64,000 bases of DNA from an uncultured Pelagibacteraceae bacterium (GTDB lineage: Bacteria; Pseudomonadota; Alphaproteobacteria; Pelagibacterales; Pelagibacteraceae), in contig CACHFP010000002.1 of NCBI GenBank assembly GCA_902579115.1, forward strand, positions 27,251 through 91,250, read 5' to 3'. The position numbers were made by a program, and so were the translations under genes. This document shows positions 1-9,632 of this stretch, in pieces. The notes below the pieces were generated by a model, which did no database searches, was not told where the DNA came from, and saw nothing but the letters and a program-made list of their open reading frames with translations. The number at the start of each line of letters is the position of its first letter. The stretch's first letter is position 1.

Positions 1-471
1 TAAAAGTACTTTGGGTTTACTCATTAATGCTCTTCCTATCGCCAGCATTTGCTGTTCTCCTCCAGAAAGTGTTCCGCCTCTTTGCGTTTTTCTATCACTT
101 AATACAGGAAATAAATCGTAAACTTCCTTTATATCATTTTCAAAGTGCTTTCCTTTTTCGTTAGCATGGGCTCCTAATCTTAAATTTTCTTCTACTGTCA
201 ATCTTGAAAATATTCTTCTTCCTTCTGGAACTTGGCAAATACCCATATCAACTATTTTGTGAGGGTCTTTGTTCTCAATATTTTCACCATTGAAAACTAT
301 ATTTCCTTTTCTAGCTTTATTCACTCCACTAATCGTCATAAGTAAAGTTGATTTACCTGCTCCATTAGAGCCAATTAAAGAAACAATTTCACCATCATTT
401 ACATCAAGGTCAACACCTCTAAGAGCTTGAATTTTTCCATAAAAAGTTTCAACATTAGAAATCTTAAGCAT
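1..471 (-). CDS. livF: Branched-chain amino acid ABC transporter ATP-binding protein (LivF type); C-terminal end runs off the window
   Basis: Not in the ORF track because it is open at the window edge. Hand translation from ATG at 469-471 gives MLKISNVETFYGKIQALRGVDLDVNDGEIVSLIGSNGAGKSTLL (Walker A) ... TLSGGEQQMLAIGRAL (ABC signature). The start overlaps the livG stop as TAATG. Confidence 0.85.
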   Translation of the reverse strand, partial: MLKISNVETFYGKIQALRGVDLDVNDGEIVSLIGSNGAGKSTLLMTISGVNKARKGNIVFNGENIENKDPHKIVDMGICQVPEGRRIFSRLTVEENLRLGAHANEKGKHFENDIKEVYDLFPVLSDRKTQRGGTLSGGEQQMLAIGRALMSKPKVLL

Positions 472-1262
472 TATTCATCTACTCCAAGGTAAGCTTCAAT
501 AACCTCTTTGCTATTTTTAGTTTGTTCGGCTGTTCCTTCAAATATTTTTTTACCATAATTTAAAACAACAACATGGTCGGAAATTCCCATTACAACACTC
601 ATATCATGTTCAATTAATAAAATTCCTGTTTGTTTTTCTGTTTTAATAAATTTTAAAAGTTTATTTAGTTCAGCTGACTCTTTTGGATTTAATCCTGCAG
701 CTGGTTCATCTAGACACAATAACCTTGGTTCAATACACATTGCACGAACAATTTCTAATTTTCTTTGATCTCCGTAAGGTAGATCACCTGCATTATCATC
801 TGCTCTATGAGTTAAACCAATAATATCTAACCAGTACTTCGCTTTATCAACTGCCAGCTGTTCTTTATCTCTATAGGTTTTTAAATTAAGTAAACCAAAT
901 AAAGAGTAACCGGAAGCTACCATTAATTCATTATGTTGAGCGACTAACAAATTTTCAAGAACTGACATTGCTGGAAACAATCTAATATTTTGAAAAGTTC
1001 TAGCTACTTTAGCGACATAAGCTATTTTAAAGTCAGTATATTTTCTTAGTGAAATTTTGTTATCTTCTTTGTGTAAAAACATTTGACCATTTGTAGGCTT
1101 ATAAAATCCTGTCAGGCAATTAAATACAGTAGTTTTCCCTGCACCATTAGGTCCAATGATGGAAGTAATTTGATTATTTTTTGCATCAAAACTTAAATCA
1201 TCTATAGCGGTCAATCCACCGAACTTCATTGTTAAATTTTCTACTGATAATAAATTGCTCAT
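471..1262 (-). CDS. livG: Branched-chain amino acid ABC transporter ATP-binding protein (LivG type)
   Basis: Walker A GPNGAGKTT, Walker B LLCLDEPAAGL and the LivG-type C-terminal EAYLG motif. It lies in an operon with two Liv permeases. Confidence 0.85.
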   Translation of the reverse strand: MSNLLSVENLTMKFGGLTAIDDLSFDAKNNQITSIIGPNGAGKTTVFNCLTGFYKPTNGQMFLHKEDNKISLRKYTDFKIAYVAKVARTFQNIRLFPAMSVLENLLVAQHNELMVASGYSLFGLLNLKTYRDKEQLAVDKAKYWLDIIGLTHRADDNAGDLPYGDQRKLEIVRAMCIEPRLLCLDEPAAGLNPKESAELNKLLKFIKTEKQTGILLIEHDMSVVMGISDHVVVLNYGKKIFEGTAEQTKNSKEVIEAYLGVDE

Positions 1263-2527
1263 TTCTTATCTCCGTGCATAAGAATAGTTGGCTTCCTGTT
1301 TGCTAATATTCCTTTTGGTTTAAACACCATAATTAAAACCATCGCTCCACCAAAAGCGATCATTCTAAATTGTTCTAAATCTCTAAACATTTCTGTTATT
1401 CCAATTAAAAAAATTGATGCAAGAACAACTCCAGTTTGTGAGCCCATGCCGCCAAGTACAACAATTGCAACAATAATTGCGGACTCAATAAATGTGAAAC
1501 TTTCTGGACTTATAAATGCTTGTCGTGTAGCAAAAAATGAACCAGCGAAACCACCAAACATAGCTCCTATTGCAAAAGCAGTTAGTTTTGTATTCGTAGG
1601 ATTTACTCCTAAAGATTTACAAGCGATCTCATCCTCTCTTAAAGCTTCCCATGCTCTACCAACAGGAAGTTTTCTTATCTTTAGCGTGAAGTAATTCGTT
1701 ATTAAGGCTAATACTAAAATTAAATAGTATAGAAATATTATTCGATGCATTGTGGAATATTCAAGATTAAAAAACAAATGAAAACTTGTTTCCCCCTCAT
1801 CTGGAGATCTTTTAAAAGGTAATCCAAAAAAAGATGGTCGCGGTATTCCTGTTATTCCGTCAGGTCCATTAGTAACCTCATACCAATTGATCAAAATAAT
1901 TCTTATAATTTCTCCAAATCCTAAAGTAACAATTGCAAGATAATCTCCTCTTAATCTTAGAACTGGAAAACCAAGTAAAATTCCAAAAAAAGCTGCAAAT
2001 ACTCCAGCCAAAGGTAAACAAATCCAAAAAGACCAACCGAACGTAGTAGCAATCAGTGCGTAAGAATAAGCGCCGACTGCATAAAAAGCTACATAACCTA
2101 AATCAAGAAGACCTGCTAGACCTACTACAATATTTAAGCCCCATCCTAACATGATGTAAGTTAAAATCATTATTGCTACATCCATAAAATACCTGTCAGT
2201 AAAAGGTAGAAATGGAAATACTACTGCAAACAAAATTCCTGTAATTGCAAAATGTTTAGCTTTATCCTCGGTAATACTAGAAAACTTTGATGACAGTGTT
2301 GAAAAAATTTTAAATTCTGTTCTTCTTGCAGAATTAATATTAATTAAAAATCTTCCTAAAATACATAATCCAACAAGTAAAAAAACTACTCCCCATTGTG
2401 GAGTTATGAATAACCCTTCACCTTTTGATACAGTTCTTAAACCTACTATTGGACCAAACAAAGCTAAAGCAATTAAGCCTGTAAACAAACTATCTTTAAA
2501 TGACTGAATGATATCTTTCTTTTCCAT
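1259..2527 (-). CDS. livM: Branched-chain amino acid ABC transporter permease (LivM type)
   Basis: Polytopic membrane protein with the LivM-like core GYVAFYAVGAY ... LRLRGDYLAIVTLGFGEI. It has 4-nt overlaps with both neighbours. Confidence 0.85.
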   Translation of the reverse strand: MEKKDIIQSFKDSLFTGLIALALFGPIVGLRTVSKGEGLFITPQWGVVFLLVGLCILGRFLININSARRTEFKIFSTLSSKFSSITEDKAKHFAITGILFAVVFPFLPFTDRYFMDVAIMILTYIMLGWGLNIVVGLAGLLDLGYVAFYAVGAYSYALIATTFGWSFWICLPLAGVFAAFFGILLGFPVLRLRGDYLAIVTLGFGEIIRIILINWYEVTNGPDGITGIPRPSFFGLPFKRSPDEGETSFHLFFNLEYSTMHRIIFLYYLILVLALITNYFTLKIRKLPVGRAWEALREDEIACKSLGVNPTNTKLTAFAIGAMFGGFAGSFFATRQAFISPESFTFIESAIIVAIVVLGGMGSQTGVVLASIFLIGITEMFRDLEQFRMIAFGGAMVLIMVFKPKGILANRKPTILMHGDKK

Positions 2528-3438
2528 TAAACTTTCTCGATGTCAGGTTTTCCAAGAAATCCAGTTGGAAAGAAAATCAAAACTACAATTAAAACACTAA
2601 AAGCTGCAACATCTTTATATTCAAGTGAAACATATCCAGCCCAGAAGGTTTCTATAAGTCCGATTAACAAGCCACCTAACATTGCTCCAGGCAACGATCC
2701 TATTCCTCCTAAAACTGCTGCAGTAAAAGCTTTGATGCCAGCTAAAAATCCGATGTAAAAATCAATTACTCCATAATAAAGTACAAACATCATTCCTGCT
2801 ACTGATGCCAATGAAGACCCGATTATGAAAGTAATTGAAATAGTTCTATCAACATTAATTCCGAGTAAAGCAGTCATTGTTCTATCTTGTTCACACGCTC
2901 TTTGTGCTCTCCCTAAATCAGTTTTTGTGATTAAATATGTAAATATTCCCATTAAAATAACTGTTAGTACAACAATAAAAATTTGAAGATAACTTACCGT
3001 AACTATAAATTCCGAATTCTTAAAAAACTCTAATCCACCTGAAAATAATGGCTGCATTGGTTTTACTCTTGCACCTTGAGAAACTTGAACATAGTTTTGC
3101 AATACAATTGACATACCTAAAGCAGAAATAAGCGGAGCTAATCTGAAAGAACCTCGCAGAGGCTTATAAGCAAGTTTTTCTACTGTCCACCCATAGCAAG
3201 CAGTAAAAAGCATAGCTATAAGTAAAACTAAGAGTAAAATAATTGGCAATGCCACCCCTGTTAAACCAAAGATAATAAATGATATTAAAGCTACAAAAGC
3301 TCCAATCATAAAAATATCTCCATGAGCAAAATTAATCATTCCAATTATTCCATAGACCATGGTGTAACCTATTGCGATAAGTCCATAAATTGAGCCTAAA
3401 GTAATCCCGTTAACCAATTGTTGTATAAAATATTCCAT
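2527..3438 (-). CDS. livH: Branched-chain amino acid ABC transporter permease (LivH type)
   Basis: The N-terminus QQLVNGITLGSIYGLIAIGYTMVYGIIGMINFAHGD is typical LivH. It is the first gene of the livHMGF block. Confidence 0.85.
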   Translation of the reverse strand: MEYFIQQLVNGITLGSIYGLIAIGYTMVYGIIGMINFAHGDIFMIGAFVALISFIIFGLTGVALPIILLLVLLIAMLFTACYGWTVEKLAYKPLRGSFRLAPLISALGMSIVLQNYVQVSQGARVKPMQPLFSGGLEFFKNSEFIVTVSYLQIFIVVLTVILMGIFTYLITKTDLGRAQRACEQDRTMTALLGINVDRTISITFIIGSSLASVAGMMFVLYYGVIDFYIGFLAGIKAFTAAVLGGIGSLPGAMLGGLLIGLIETFWAGYVSLEYKDVAAFSVLIVVLIFFPTGFLGKPDIEKV

Positions 3439-3441
3439 GAT

Positions 3442-4206
3442 TTACTTACTTACTCTTTTATTTACATTTTCAAGAGCTTTGGTGAACTTAGTAAAGAATT
3501 TTCCTTTTTTCAATTCATTAAGAACCTGCATATTTAGGCCTTTTGGGGTCTGTGAGTCCGCTACGAGTTTTTTAAATCCTTGGGATGATTTATTTAAAGC
3601 ATCCTGACTTAACGCCAGAAATAATTCAGCTACATACTTATCAGCCAGCTTTTTGTTAATGCCTTTTTTTATTAACCATTTAGAACTCGTATTTAGTATC
3701 TCGTAGTATGCTGCCATTAAAGAAGCTGTCGACCAAAACTTATAGCTTAGTTTTTCATTTCTTACTTCTAAAACTTGCCCTAAATGTTTGAAAATATTTT
3801 TAGCAAATTTACTAGGTGGACAAACAATTACTGGCCCTTTTTTAATTTCGATTGGAGGTAAGGGTGTGACTCTAGCGATATTTTTATTTTTAGTAATTTT
3901 TTTAAGTTTATCCAAATTAATCGTCGAAATAAGACTTATTATTTTTTTATTTTTTGAAAATTTTAATTTAGGTAATATTTTATTACCCACATTAGGTGTG
4001 ACACCCAATAATACAACAGAGGATTTGTCTATTATTTCTTGATTATTGTTTAATACTTTTACTTTTCCATAACTTTTAGATAGTTTTTTAGCTAGGTTTC
4101 TATTTCTTGAAGATATATAAATTCTTTTAATTTTAAGCTTTGATTTAAAAATACCAAAGATAATTGATGATGAAATTTTACCAGTTCCTATAAATCCTAA
4201 AATCAT
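3442..4206 (-). CDS. NAD(P)-binding oxidoreductase, pyrroline-5-carboxylate reductase-like
   Basis: N-terminal Rossmann motif ILGFIGTGKI and a C-terminal region (SQTPKGLNMQVL) resembling the ProC dimerisation domain. The sequence is divergent, so the function is uncertain. Confidence 0.45.
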   Translation of the reverse strand: MILGFIGTGKISSSIIFGIFKSKLKIKRIYISSRNRNLAKKLSKSYGKVKVLNNNQEIIDKSSVVLLGVTPNVGNKILPKLKFSKNKKIISLISTINLDKLKKITKNKNIARVTPLPPIEIKKGPVIVCPPSKFAKNIFKHLGQVLEVRNEKLSYKFWSTASLMAAYYEILNTSSKWLIKKGINKKLADKYVAELFLALSQDALNKSSQGFKKLVADSQTPKGLNMQVLNELKKGKFFTKFTKALENVNKRVSK

Positions 4207-4208
4207 GA

Positions 4209-5288
4209 ATGATGCAGAATAACCAAGCTATTCCTTTTAATAAAGAAAATTTTAAACAGATATTTTCTATTCCGTTTATATCTGTCATCATAATTTCAAT
4301 ACCAAGTGCTATTATAGCTGAATATTTTAATATTCCTTTAGCCTGGTTCTTAGGACCAATGCTGATAACTTCTTTAGGTTCATTAATGGGTCTTAAAACT
4401 AAAATGCCAAGGTTGGTGTTATCCTCGATATTAATAATTCTTGGTCTTTATATTGGCAACTACATAGACAAAGATTTATTCAGTCAAATGCAAGATTGGA
4501 TCTGGACCTCTTTTATCATGTTAATTTACATAATTTTAAGTGTTCTAATCGTTTCAAAATATCTAGAAAAATTTTCAAAATATGGAAAAAAAACTTCTAT
4601 TTTTTCAGCTGCACCAGGTGCATTGGGCCCACTGATGATATTAGCTGAAGATGCAAAAACAGATCTTAGCCAGGTAGCAACTTCCCATCTAATAAGATTA
4701 ATTATAATAATCACGGTTTTTCCATTTATTGTAAATAGTTTTTATGATGTAGATAACGTAAATCTTTCTGAAAAAGTAATTACGAATCAAAATTTATTTT
4801 ACTTAATGATTTTAATATTATCCTCAGTAATTTTAATTTTGTTTTTTGAAAAGATGAAAGTTCCAGCCGCTTTATTAACAGGAACTTTAGTTGCAAGTGG
4901 TGTATTGCAAATTACAGAGGTTGCAAGTTATCAAATATCTCCTAACATTATCGATTATTGTTTATTGATTTTAGGTTCTTCAGTAGGGTGTAGATTTGCT
5001 GATAAAACATTCAGTGAAGTAGCAAGAAATGCTTTGCATAGTTTTGTAGCAACTTTTTTATTAGTAGTGCTAGGTGTTGCAGCAGCATTTTTTGCAGGAC
5101 TAATAATTGATAAAAATTTTTTTACTTTATTATTATCGTATTGCCCTGGAGGAATTTATGAGGTTGCAGTAATTGCCATTTTCTTTGATTTGGACCCTGA
5201 GTTTGTATCATTTCATCATATAATTAGATTGCTAATGATTTTATTTATAGTTCCAATAATATTGAAAATAATTTCTAAAAAAGCCTAA
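4209..5288 (+). CDS. AbrB-family (duplicated) integral membrane protein, putative transporter
   Basis: About 10 TM segments with an internal duplication. IPLAWFLGPMLITS resembles the AbrB/AmoA-like membrane family. Confidence 0.5.
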   Translation: MMQNNQAIPFNKENFKQIFSIPFISVIIISIPSAIIAEYFNIPLAWFLGPMLITSLGSLMGLKTKMPRLVLSSILIILGLYIGNYIDKDLFSQMQDWIWTSFIMLIYIILSVLIVSKYLEKFSKYGKKTSIFSAAPGALGPLMILAEDAKTDLSQVATSHLIRLIIIITVFPFIVNSFYDVDNVNLSEKVITNQNLFYLMILILSSVILILFFEKMKVPAALLTGTLVASGVLQITEVASYQISPNIIDYCLLILGSSVGCRFADKTFSEVARNALHSFVATFLLVVLGVAAAFFAGLIIDKNFFTLLLSYCPGGIYEVAVIAIFFDLDPEFVSFHHIIRLLMILFIVPIILKIISKKA

Positions 5289-5315
5289 ATTAAACAATTC
5301 TGTTTTTGACACATA

Positions 5316-5726
5316 TTGTTCAATTCAGTACAAACTTATATGGCAAATTTAATAGACCTTTTAGGAAGACTTCTAATTTCTGCTCTCTTTTTGATTTCAG
5401 CGTATAATAAAATATTTAGTATTGACGGTACAATGGGCTGGATGGAGGGGTTTGGAATTCCAGGTTTTTTGATTTACCCGACAATTTTGCTGGAAATAAT
5501 TTTACCACTTTTTGTAATAGTCGGTTATAAAGCAAAAATATCTTCTGCGATACTTGCTATTTTTTGTCTAGCAACTGCTTTTATTTTCCATTTTGATTTT
5601 TTAGATCAGACTCAAACAATACTATTCCTTAAAAATATTGGATTAGCTGGAGGTTTTTTGTTTATCGTAGCAAACGGAACAAAAGATTGGTCCATTGATA
5701 GAGAAAAGAAATTTGTAAGGCTATAA
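5316..5726 (+). CDS. DoxX family membrane protein
   Basis: 136 aa with 4 TM segments. The N-terminus LLGRLLISALFLISAYNKI is DoxX-like. Confidence 0.6.
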   Translation: MFNSVQTYMANLIDLLGRLLISALFLISAYNKIFSIDGTMGWMEGFGIPGFLIYPTILLEIILPLFVIVGYKAKISSAILAIFCLATAFIFHFDFLDQTQTILFLKNIGLAGGFLFIVANGTKDWSIDREKKFVRL

Positions 5727-5770
5727 AAAAAACCCATCCGAAAACTAATACGAATGGGTTTTAATTTTTT
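5725..5770. terminator. Bidirectional intrinsic terminator between convergent genes
   Basis: AACCCATCCG (5731-5740) pairs with CGAATGGGTT (5751-5760): 7 bp, one mismatch, then 2 bp. An A-run lies upstream and TTTTAATTTTTT downstream. Confidence 0.5.
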
Positions 5771-5783
5771 AAAAAATTACTAT

Positions 5784-6431
5784 TTAGAATCCGAATGATA
5801 CTCTTAATTGTAACGAGTCAGCTTCTGCTGAAACGCTATTAGAATTACCACCACTCGCGGTAATATCTATATCTTCAAAATCTGAATAAGATAATTCAAC
5901 TTTTGCATTTTCAACTCTTCTTCCTAACCCAATTTGGTATCCGTAAATATCTTCGTTACCGTAGCTTGAGTTCGGAAGGCTTTCTGTAGTTTCAATTGTA
6001 GCAAAATGTACACCTCCTAAAGCATACCAACCATCAGTTCCCATAGGAACGTTGGTATAAAGTGTAAATAAGTCTGAAACTTCAGCGCTCGCTGATCTAT
6101 CACCCGTGTCGTTCTCGGCTCCGCCTGAAGCAGTAGCAACAGCAGAGTCTGTTCTTTTGCCTTCTCCAATATCTAAATCAAGAGGCACATAAGAAAGACC
6201 AATAGTTAGACCACTGTCAGAAATATTTTCTATAAATAGATCTCCACCGTAGAAAAACTCTTCGAAAGATTTACTTCTTGTAGAAGTGTCAGCAGCAGTA
6301 CCTTCTGTCTCAGTACCATCTGTGCTTAAGTTACCTGTCATCAAACCAAATCCAAACTGAATTTCAGCTTGAGCAAATGATGACCAAACTAAAAGAATTG
6401 AACCAGTAATTGCACTAATTATTCTTTTCAT
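5784..6431 (-). CDS. Outer-membrane beta-barrel protein (OmpA-like/porin family)
   Basis: Sec signal peptide ending AQA, alternating beta-strand pattern, and the C-terminal RVSFGF with terminal Phe typical of OMPs. Confidence 0.55.
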   Translation of the reverse strand: MKRIISAITGSILLVWSSFAQAEIQFGFGLMTGNLSTDGTETEGTAADTSTRSKSFEEFFYGGDLFIENISDSGLTIGLSYVPLDLDIGEGKRTDSAVATASGGAENDTGDRSASAEVSDLFTLYTNVPMGTDGWYALGGVHFATIETTESLPNSSYGNEDIYGYQIGLGRRVENAKVELSYSDFEDIDITASGGNSNSVSAEADSLQLRVSFGF

Positions 6432-6566
6432 GTTTATAAACTCCTTAAATATTAATATTTAAATCGTCTTAACACAGATTCTCGGTTTAATGAAATTTGT
6501 AATTATTGAATGTGCAACCTACGATTTTATAAAAATTAAAAAAAGCTCGTATTTACTTAGTTTTTT

Positions 6567-6584
6567 TGTGACATATATGTCACA
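6567..6584. promoter_or_regulatory. Perfect 18-bp palindrome TGTGACATATATGTCACA (possible operator or 3' hairpin)
   Basis: Read directly from the sequence. It overlaps the tctA stop codon (6580-6582) and lies about 140 nt upstream of the OMP gene start. Confidence 0.3.
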
Positions 6585-8088
6585 TCTTTGTATTTTTTCT
6601 GCCAAAACTAGTGTAAATTTGCCAAGTAACTATCATTGTGATTGTCAGCATGATTACTACTGTCAAAGGCCTATCCCATAGAAACGACCATGATCCATCG
6701 CTAATTAGCAACGATCTCCTTAAGTTTTCTTCCATTAGACCGCCCAACACGAAAGCCAGAATTAGTGGGGGCATTGGAAAATCGTATAATCTTAGTATTG
6801 TTGCCACTACGGCTATACCAATCATCATATAAATATCAAAATTATTAAAAGACATTAAATATATTCCTGTTACAGAAAAGAATAAAATTAATGGAATTAG
6901 AAAAGTTCTTGGTGTAGCTAAGACCCTAGCTATGTAGGGTATTAACGGAAGATTTAAAATAAGTAGAATTACCATGCCAATATACATTGACATGATTACT
7001 GACCAAAAAATTTCAGGATTAGTTTGATATAATCTCGGTCCTGGTTGTATTCCAAATCCTAATAAAGCTCCTAACATTACTGCTGTGGTTCCGCTTCCAG
7101 GTATTCCTAAAGTAAGCAAAGGGACAAATGAGCCGGAACAAGCAGCGTTATTCGCAGTCTCAGGAGCAGCTAATCCATTAATGCTACCTTTTCCAAATTT
7201 TTGTTTTTCCTCATCATTAACAAAATTTCTTTCCATTCCATAAGCTAAAAAGGATGCAATTGTGGATCCAGCTCCAGGTAAAACTCCTATTATAAAACCT
7301 AAAACTGATGATCTTGGAATGGTAGTAATCATTTTTTTAGTTTCATTTTTATCTAATTTTATTGAACCTAGTTGAGACAATGAAATTTGTTTAGCTACTC
7401 TTGTAGGATCATTTGCTTTAAAAATTATAGTTAAAGCCTCACTCATTGCAAAGGTTGCCATAACTACCAATACGAAACTAATACCATCAGATAAATTCAT
7501 ATTTTGAAAAGTAAATCTAGGTATGTCAGATAACGTATCTTGACCAACGCTCGCTAACATAAGACCTAAAACTACCATCATCATAGCTTTTAAAAAATGT
7601 CCTTTAGCTGAAAATGCTGATACTGCTGTTAAGCCTAATATCATTAAGCCGAAATAATCTGGTGATCTAAAAGCTAAACTAACTTTCGATAAACTTGGTG
7701 CGGCAATTAAAAGAAAGATTGCTGCAATAGTTCCACCTGCGAAAGAACTATATGCTGCAATTGCCAATGCCTTGCCAGCTTTTCCTTGTTGAGCCATTGG
7801 GTATCCATCAAATGAGGTTGCAACAGTTCCTGGTATCCCTGGTGCGTTAATTAAAATTGAGGATGTAGATCCACCAAAAACTGCACCGTAATAAACGCCT
7901 GCCATTAAAATTAAACCTGTTGAAGGTTCAAAGCCATAAGTAATAGGTATCATTAATGCTATAGCGGTCATTGGTCCTAAACCTGGTAACATTCCGATTA
8001 TGGTTCCAGCGAAGCAACCGATCATAACCATCATTAAATTTTTTAGCGAAAAGGCTGTTTCTAATCCAATTAATATTCCTTCGATCAT
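6580..8088 (-). CDS. tctA: Tripartite tricarboxylate transporter large permease TctA
   Basis: 502-aa polytopic protein. The motifs MLPGLGPMTAIALMIP and GVLPGAGSTIASFLAY are characteristic of TctA. It follows tctC-tctB. Confidence 0.85.
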   Translation of the reverse strand: MIEGILIGLETAFSLKNLMMVMIGCFAGTIIGMLPGLGPMTAIALMIPITYGFEPSTGLILMAGVYYGAVFGGSTSSILINAPGIPGTVATSFDGYPMAQQGKAGKALAIAAYSSFAGGTIAAIFLLIAAPSLSKVSLAFRSPDYFGLMILGLTAVSAFSAKGHFLKAMMMVVLGLMLASVGQDTLSDIPRFTFQNMNLSDGISFVLVVMATFAMSEALTIIFKANDPTRVAKQISLSQLGSIKLDKNETKKMITTIPRSSVLGFIIGVLPGAGSTIASFLAYGMERNFVNDEEKQKFGKGSINGLAAPETANNAACSGSFVPLLTLGIPGSGTTAVMLGALLGFGIQPGPRLYQTNPEIFWSVIMSMYIGMVILLILNLPLIPYIARVLATPRTFLIPLILFFSVTGIYLMSFNNFDIYMMIGIAVVATILRLYDFPMPPLILAFVLGGLMEENLRRSLLISDGSWSFLWDRPLTVVIMLTITMIVTWQIYTSFGRKNTKM

Positions 8089-8555
8089 CCCATAACTCCA
8101 ATATATTGTAAAAATGGATCACGAAGATAAATATTTAATAGTCCGTGTAGGAGATACATAAATATTGCTACAAAAGGAAATGATAAAAGAAATATCCATA
8201 ACCATTTTCTCTCACCTAAAACAATATAAGATAAAACTAAAAAAATTGAAGTTGATAGAAAATATCCTACTCTTAAAATTGTTAGTCCATACAAAATCAT
8301 CAGTACAACCAATGTGATTGTTTTTTTATAATCTAAAACTGACAAATCTACATTTGAAAGTCTAGTTTCAGGCAAAAGAATATAAAGCGCAGAAAATATT
8401 AAACCTGCATAGCCTAAATAAATTGGAAAAGTTTTTGCGTTGAATGCTGCATTTTCATCAAAAGTAAAAACTTGAATTTGATGCGCAGTATAAAGATAAA
8501 ATCCTGAAAAAATAAAAAAGAGCAGTGAAATAATCTTTGAAGGACTTATTTTCAC
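8085..8555 (-). CDS. tctB: Tripartite tricarboxylate transporter small subunit TctB
   Basis: 156-aa, 4-TM protein lying between tctC and tctA with a 4-nt overlap. The call rests on position and topology. Confidence 0.6.
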   Translation of the reverse strand: MKISPSKIISLLFFIFSGFYLYTAHQIQVFTFDENAAFNAKTFPIYLGYAGLIFSALYILLPETRLSNVDLSVLDYKKTITLVVLMILYGLTILRVGYFLSTSIFLVLSYIVLGERKWLWIFLLSFPFVAIFMYLLHGLLNIYLRDPFLQYIGVMG

Positions 8556-8573
8556 TGCTCTTTCCTTAACTAT

Positions 8574-9566
8574 TTATTTAATTACGCCTAAATTTTTTAA
8601 CAACCCAGTCATCTCAACTGTTTGTTTTTCTAAAAATTTAACGAATTTTTTGTCTGGGTTGTAAATATTTACCCAAGCATTTCTTTTTCTGACTGCTTCC
8701 CATTCAGGTGTTTTTTGAACATCGCCCAACATTTTTGCAATTTTCTTTCTCTCACCATCACTCATACCTGGAGGACCAAAGAAACCTCTCCAATTTACGA
8801 AGATTGCGTTAGTACCTTGCTCTTTTAAAGTTGGAACATCTGGAGCATCTGCTACTCTTTTTGGAGCTGTAATACCAAGAATTTTAACTTGATCTCTAGC
8901 ACCCATTACTTCTCCTAAACCAGTAGAAAGAATTTGAGTTTCACCTGATAAAAGTCCAGCTAATGCTTTTCCTCCTGCATCGTAAGGAATGTAAACAACA
9001 TCATTTGGATTAGCACCAGCTTCTTTAAATGCTAATGCACCAATTAAATGGTCCATGCTTCCTCTTACAGATCCACCAGCCATTTTTACTGACTTAGGAT
9101 TTGCTTTGTAAGCAGCAACTACATCTTTCCAAGAGTTGTAAGGTGAGTTTTTAGCTGCAACAATTGCGCCGTAATCACCAATCACACCAGCTATTGGCAC
9201 TACATCTTTGTAAGATGTAACCTTTGCTGCATTCTTCTTGTCTACATAACCAGAATGTCTAGTTATTGATCTAAGAACTAATGGAGTTGATTGAACTAAA
9301 ATCGTGTCTGAAGGTTTTGTATTTATCATATAAGATAAAGCTTTTCCTCCACCACCACCTGACATATTTTCAAATGATGCACTACTTAAAAAACCAGCTT
9401 TAGTTAAAGCTTCACCAGTTCCTCTAGCAGTTCCATCCCAACCACCGCCAGCACCACCGCCAATTACAAAGTGTAATTTGTCAGCAGCGAAAGATGTGTT
9501 TGAAACTGAAGTTAAAAGAACAGTAGCGAAAACTAGGCTGATAAGTTTTTTGAACTTATTGAACAT
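8574..9566 (-). CDS. tctC: Tripartite tricarboxylate transporter substrate-binding protein TctC (Bug family)
   Basis: Signal peptide, about 330 aa, and a Gly-rich ligand loop (MSGGGGGKAL). It has the Bug-family size and operon position. Confidence 0.8.
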   Translation of the reverse strand: MFNKFKKLISLVFATVLLTSVSNTSFAADKLHFVIGGGAGGGWDGTARGTGEALTKAGFLSSASFENMSGGGGGKALSYMINTKPSDTILVQSTPLVLRSITRHSGYVDKKNAAKVTSYKDVVPIAGVIGDYGAIVAAKNSPYNSWKDVVAAYKANPKSVKMAGGSVRGSMDHLIGALAFKEAGANPNDVVYIPYDAGGKALAGLLSGETQILSTGLGEVMGARDQVKILGITAPKRVADAPDVPTLKEQGTNAIFVNWRGFFGPPGMSDGERKKIAKMLGDVQKTPEWEAVRKRNAWVNIYNPDKKFVKFLEKQTVEMTGLLKNLGVIK

Positions 9567-9632
9567 TATTTCCCCCTGTGTTTATTAATTATACTTATTA
9601 AAATAAATATCTAATCTAGAGTCAACTATGTA

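Noticed and set aside
1446-1694. A class of 60-150 aa ORFs lying antisense inside well-supported genes. Examples: 1446-1694, 2540-2758, 3788-4042, 4526-4714, 10609-10794, 13316-13534, 13911-14117, 19435-19671, 21256-21480, 27613-28074, 36554-36934, 39041-39298, 43033-43248, 46206-46586, 52593-52826, 52971-53183, 57776-58033.
   Set aside because: Each is fully embedded in, and antisense to, a gene with clear family motifs. Their low-complexity, Pro/Ser/Ile-rich translations are typical of the mirror frame of AT-rich genes, and they have no start-site signals.
6490-6681. 63-aa plus-strand ORF spanning the OMP-tctA intergenic region and the tctA 3' end.
   Set aside because: It overlaps the tctA coding end on the opposite strand and has no SD or family resemblance. 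The region is better explained by the 18-bp palindrome and the OMP gene promoter.
7928-8122. 64-aa minus-strand ORF overlapping the tctB/tctA junction in another frame. Similar same-strand out-of-frame ORFs occur at 13760-13951, 15419-15610, 20848-21081, 32089-32313, 38446-38634 and 50454-50648.
   Set aside because: They are alternative frames of genes with strong family support. There is no independent evidence for them.
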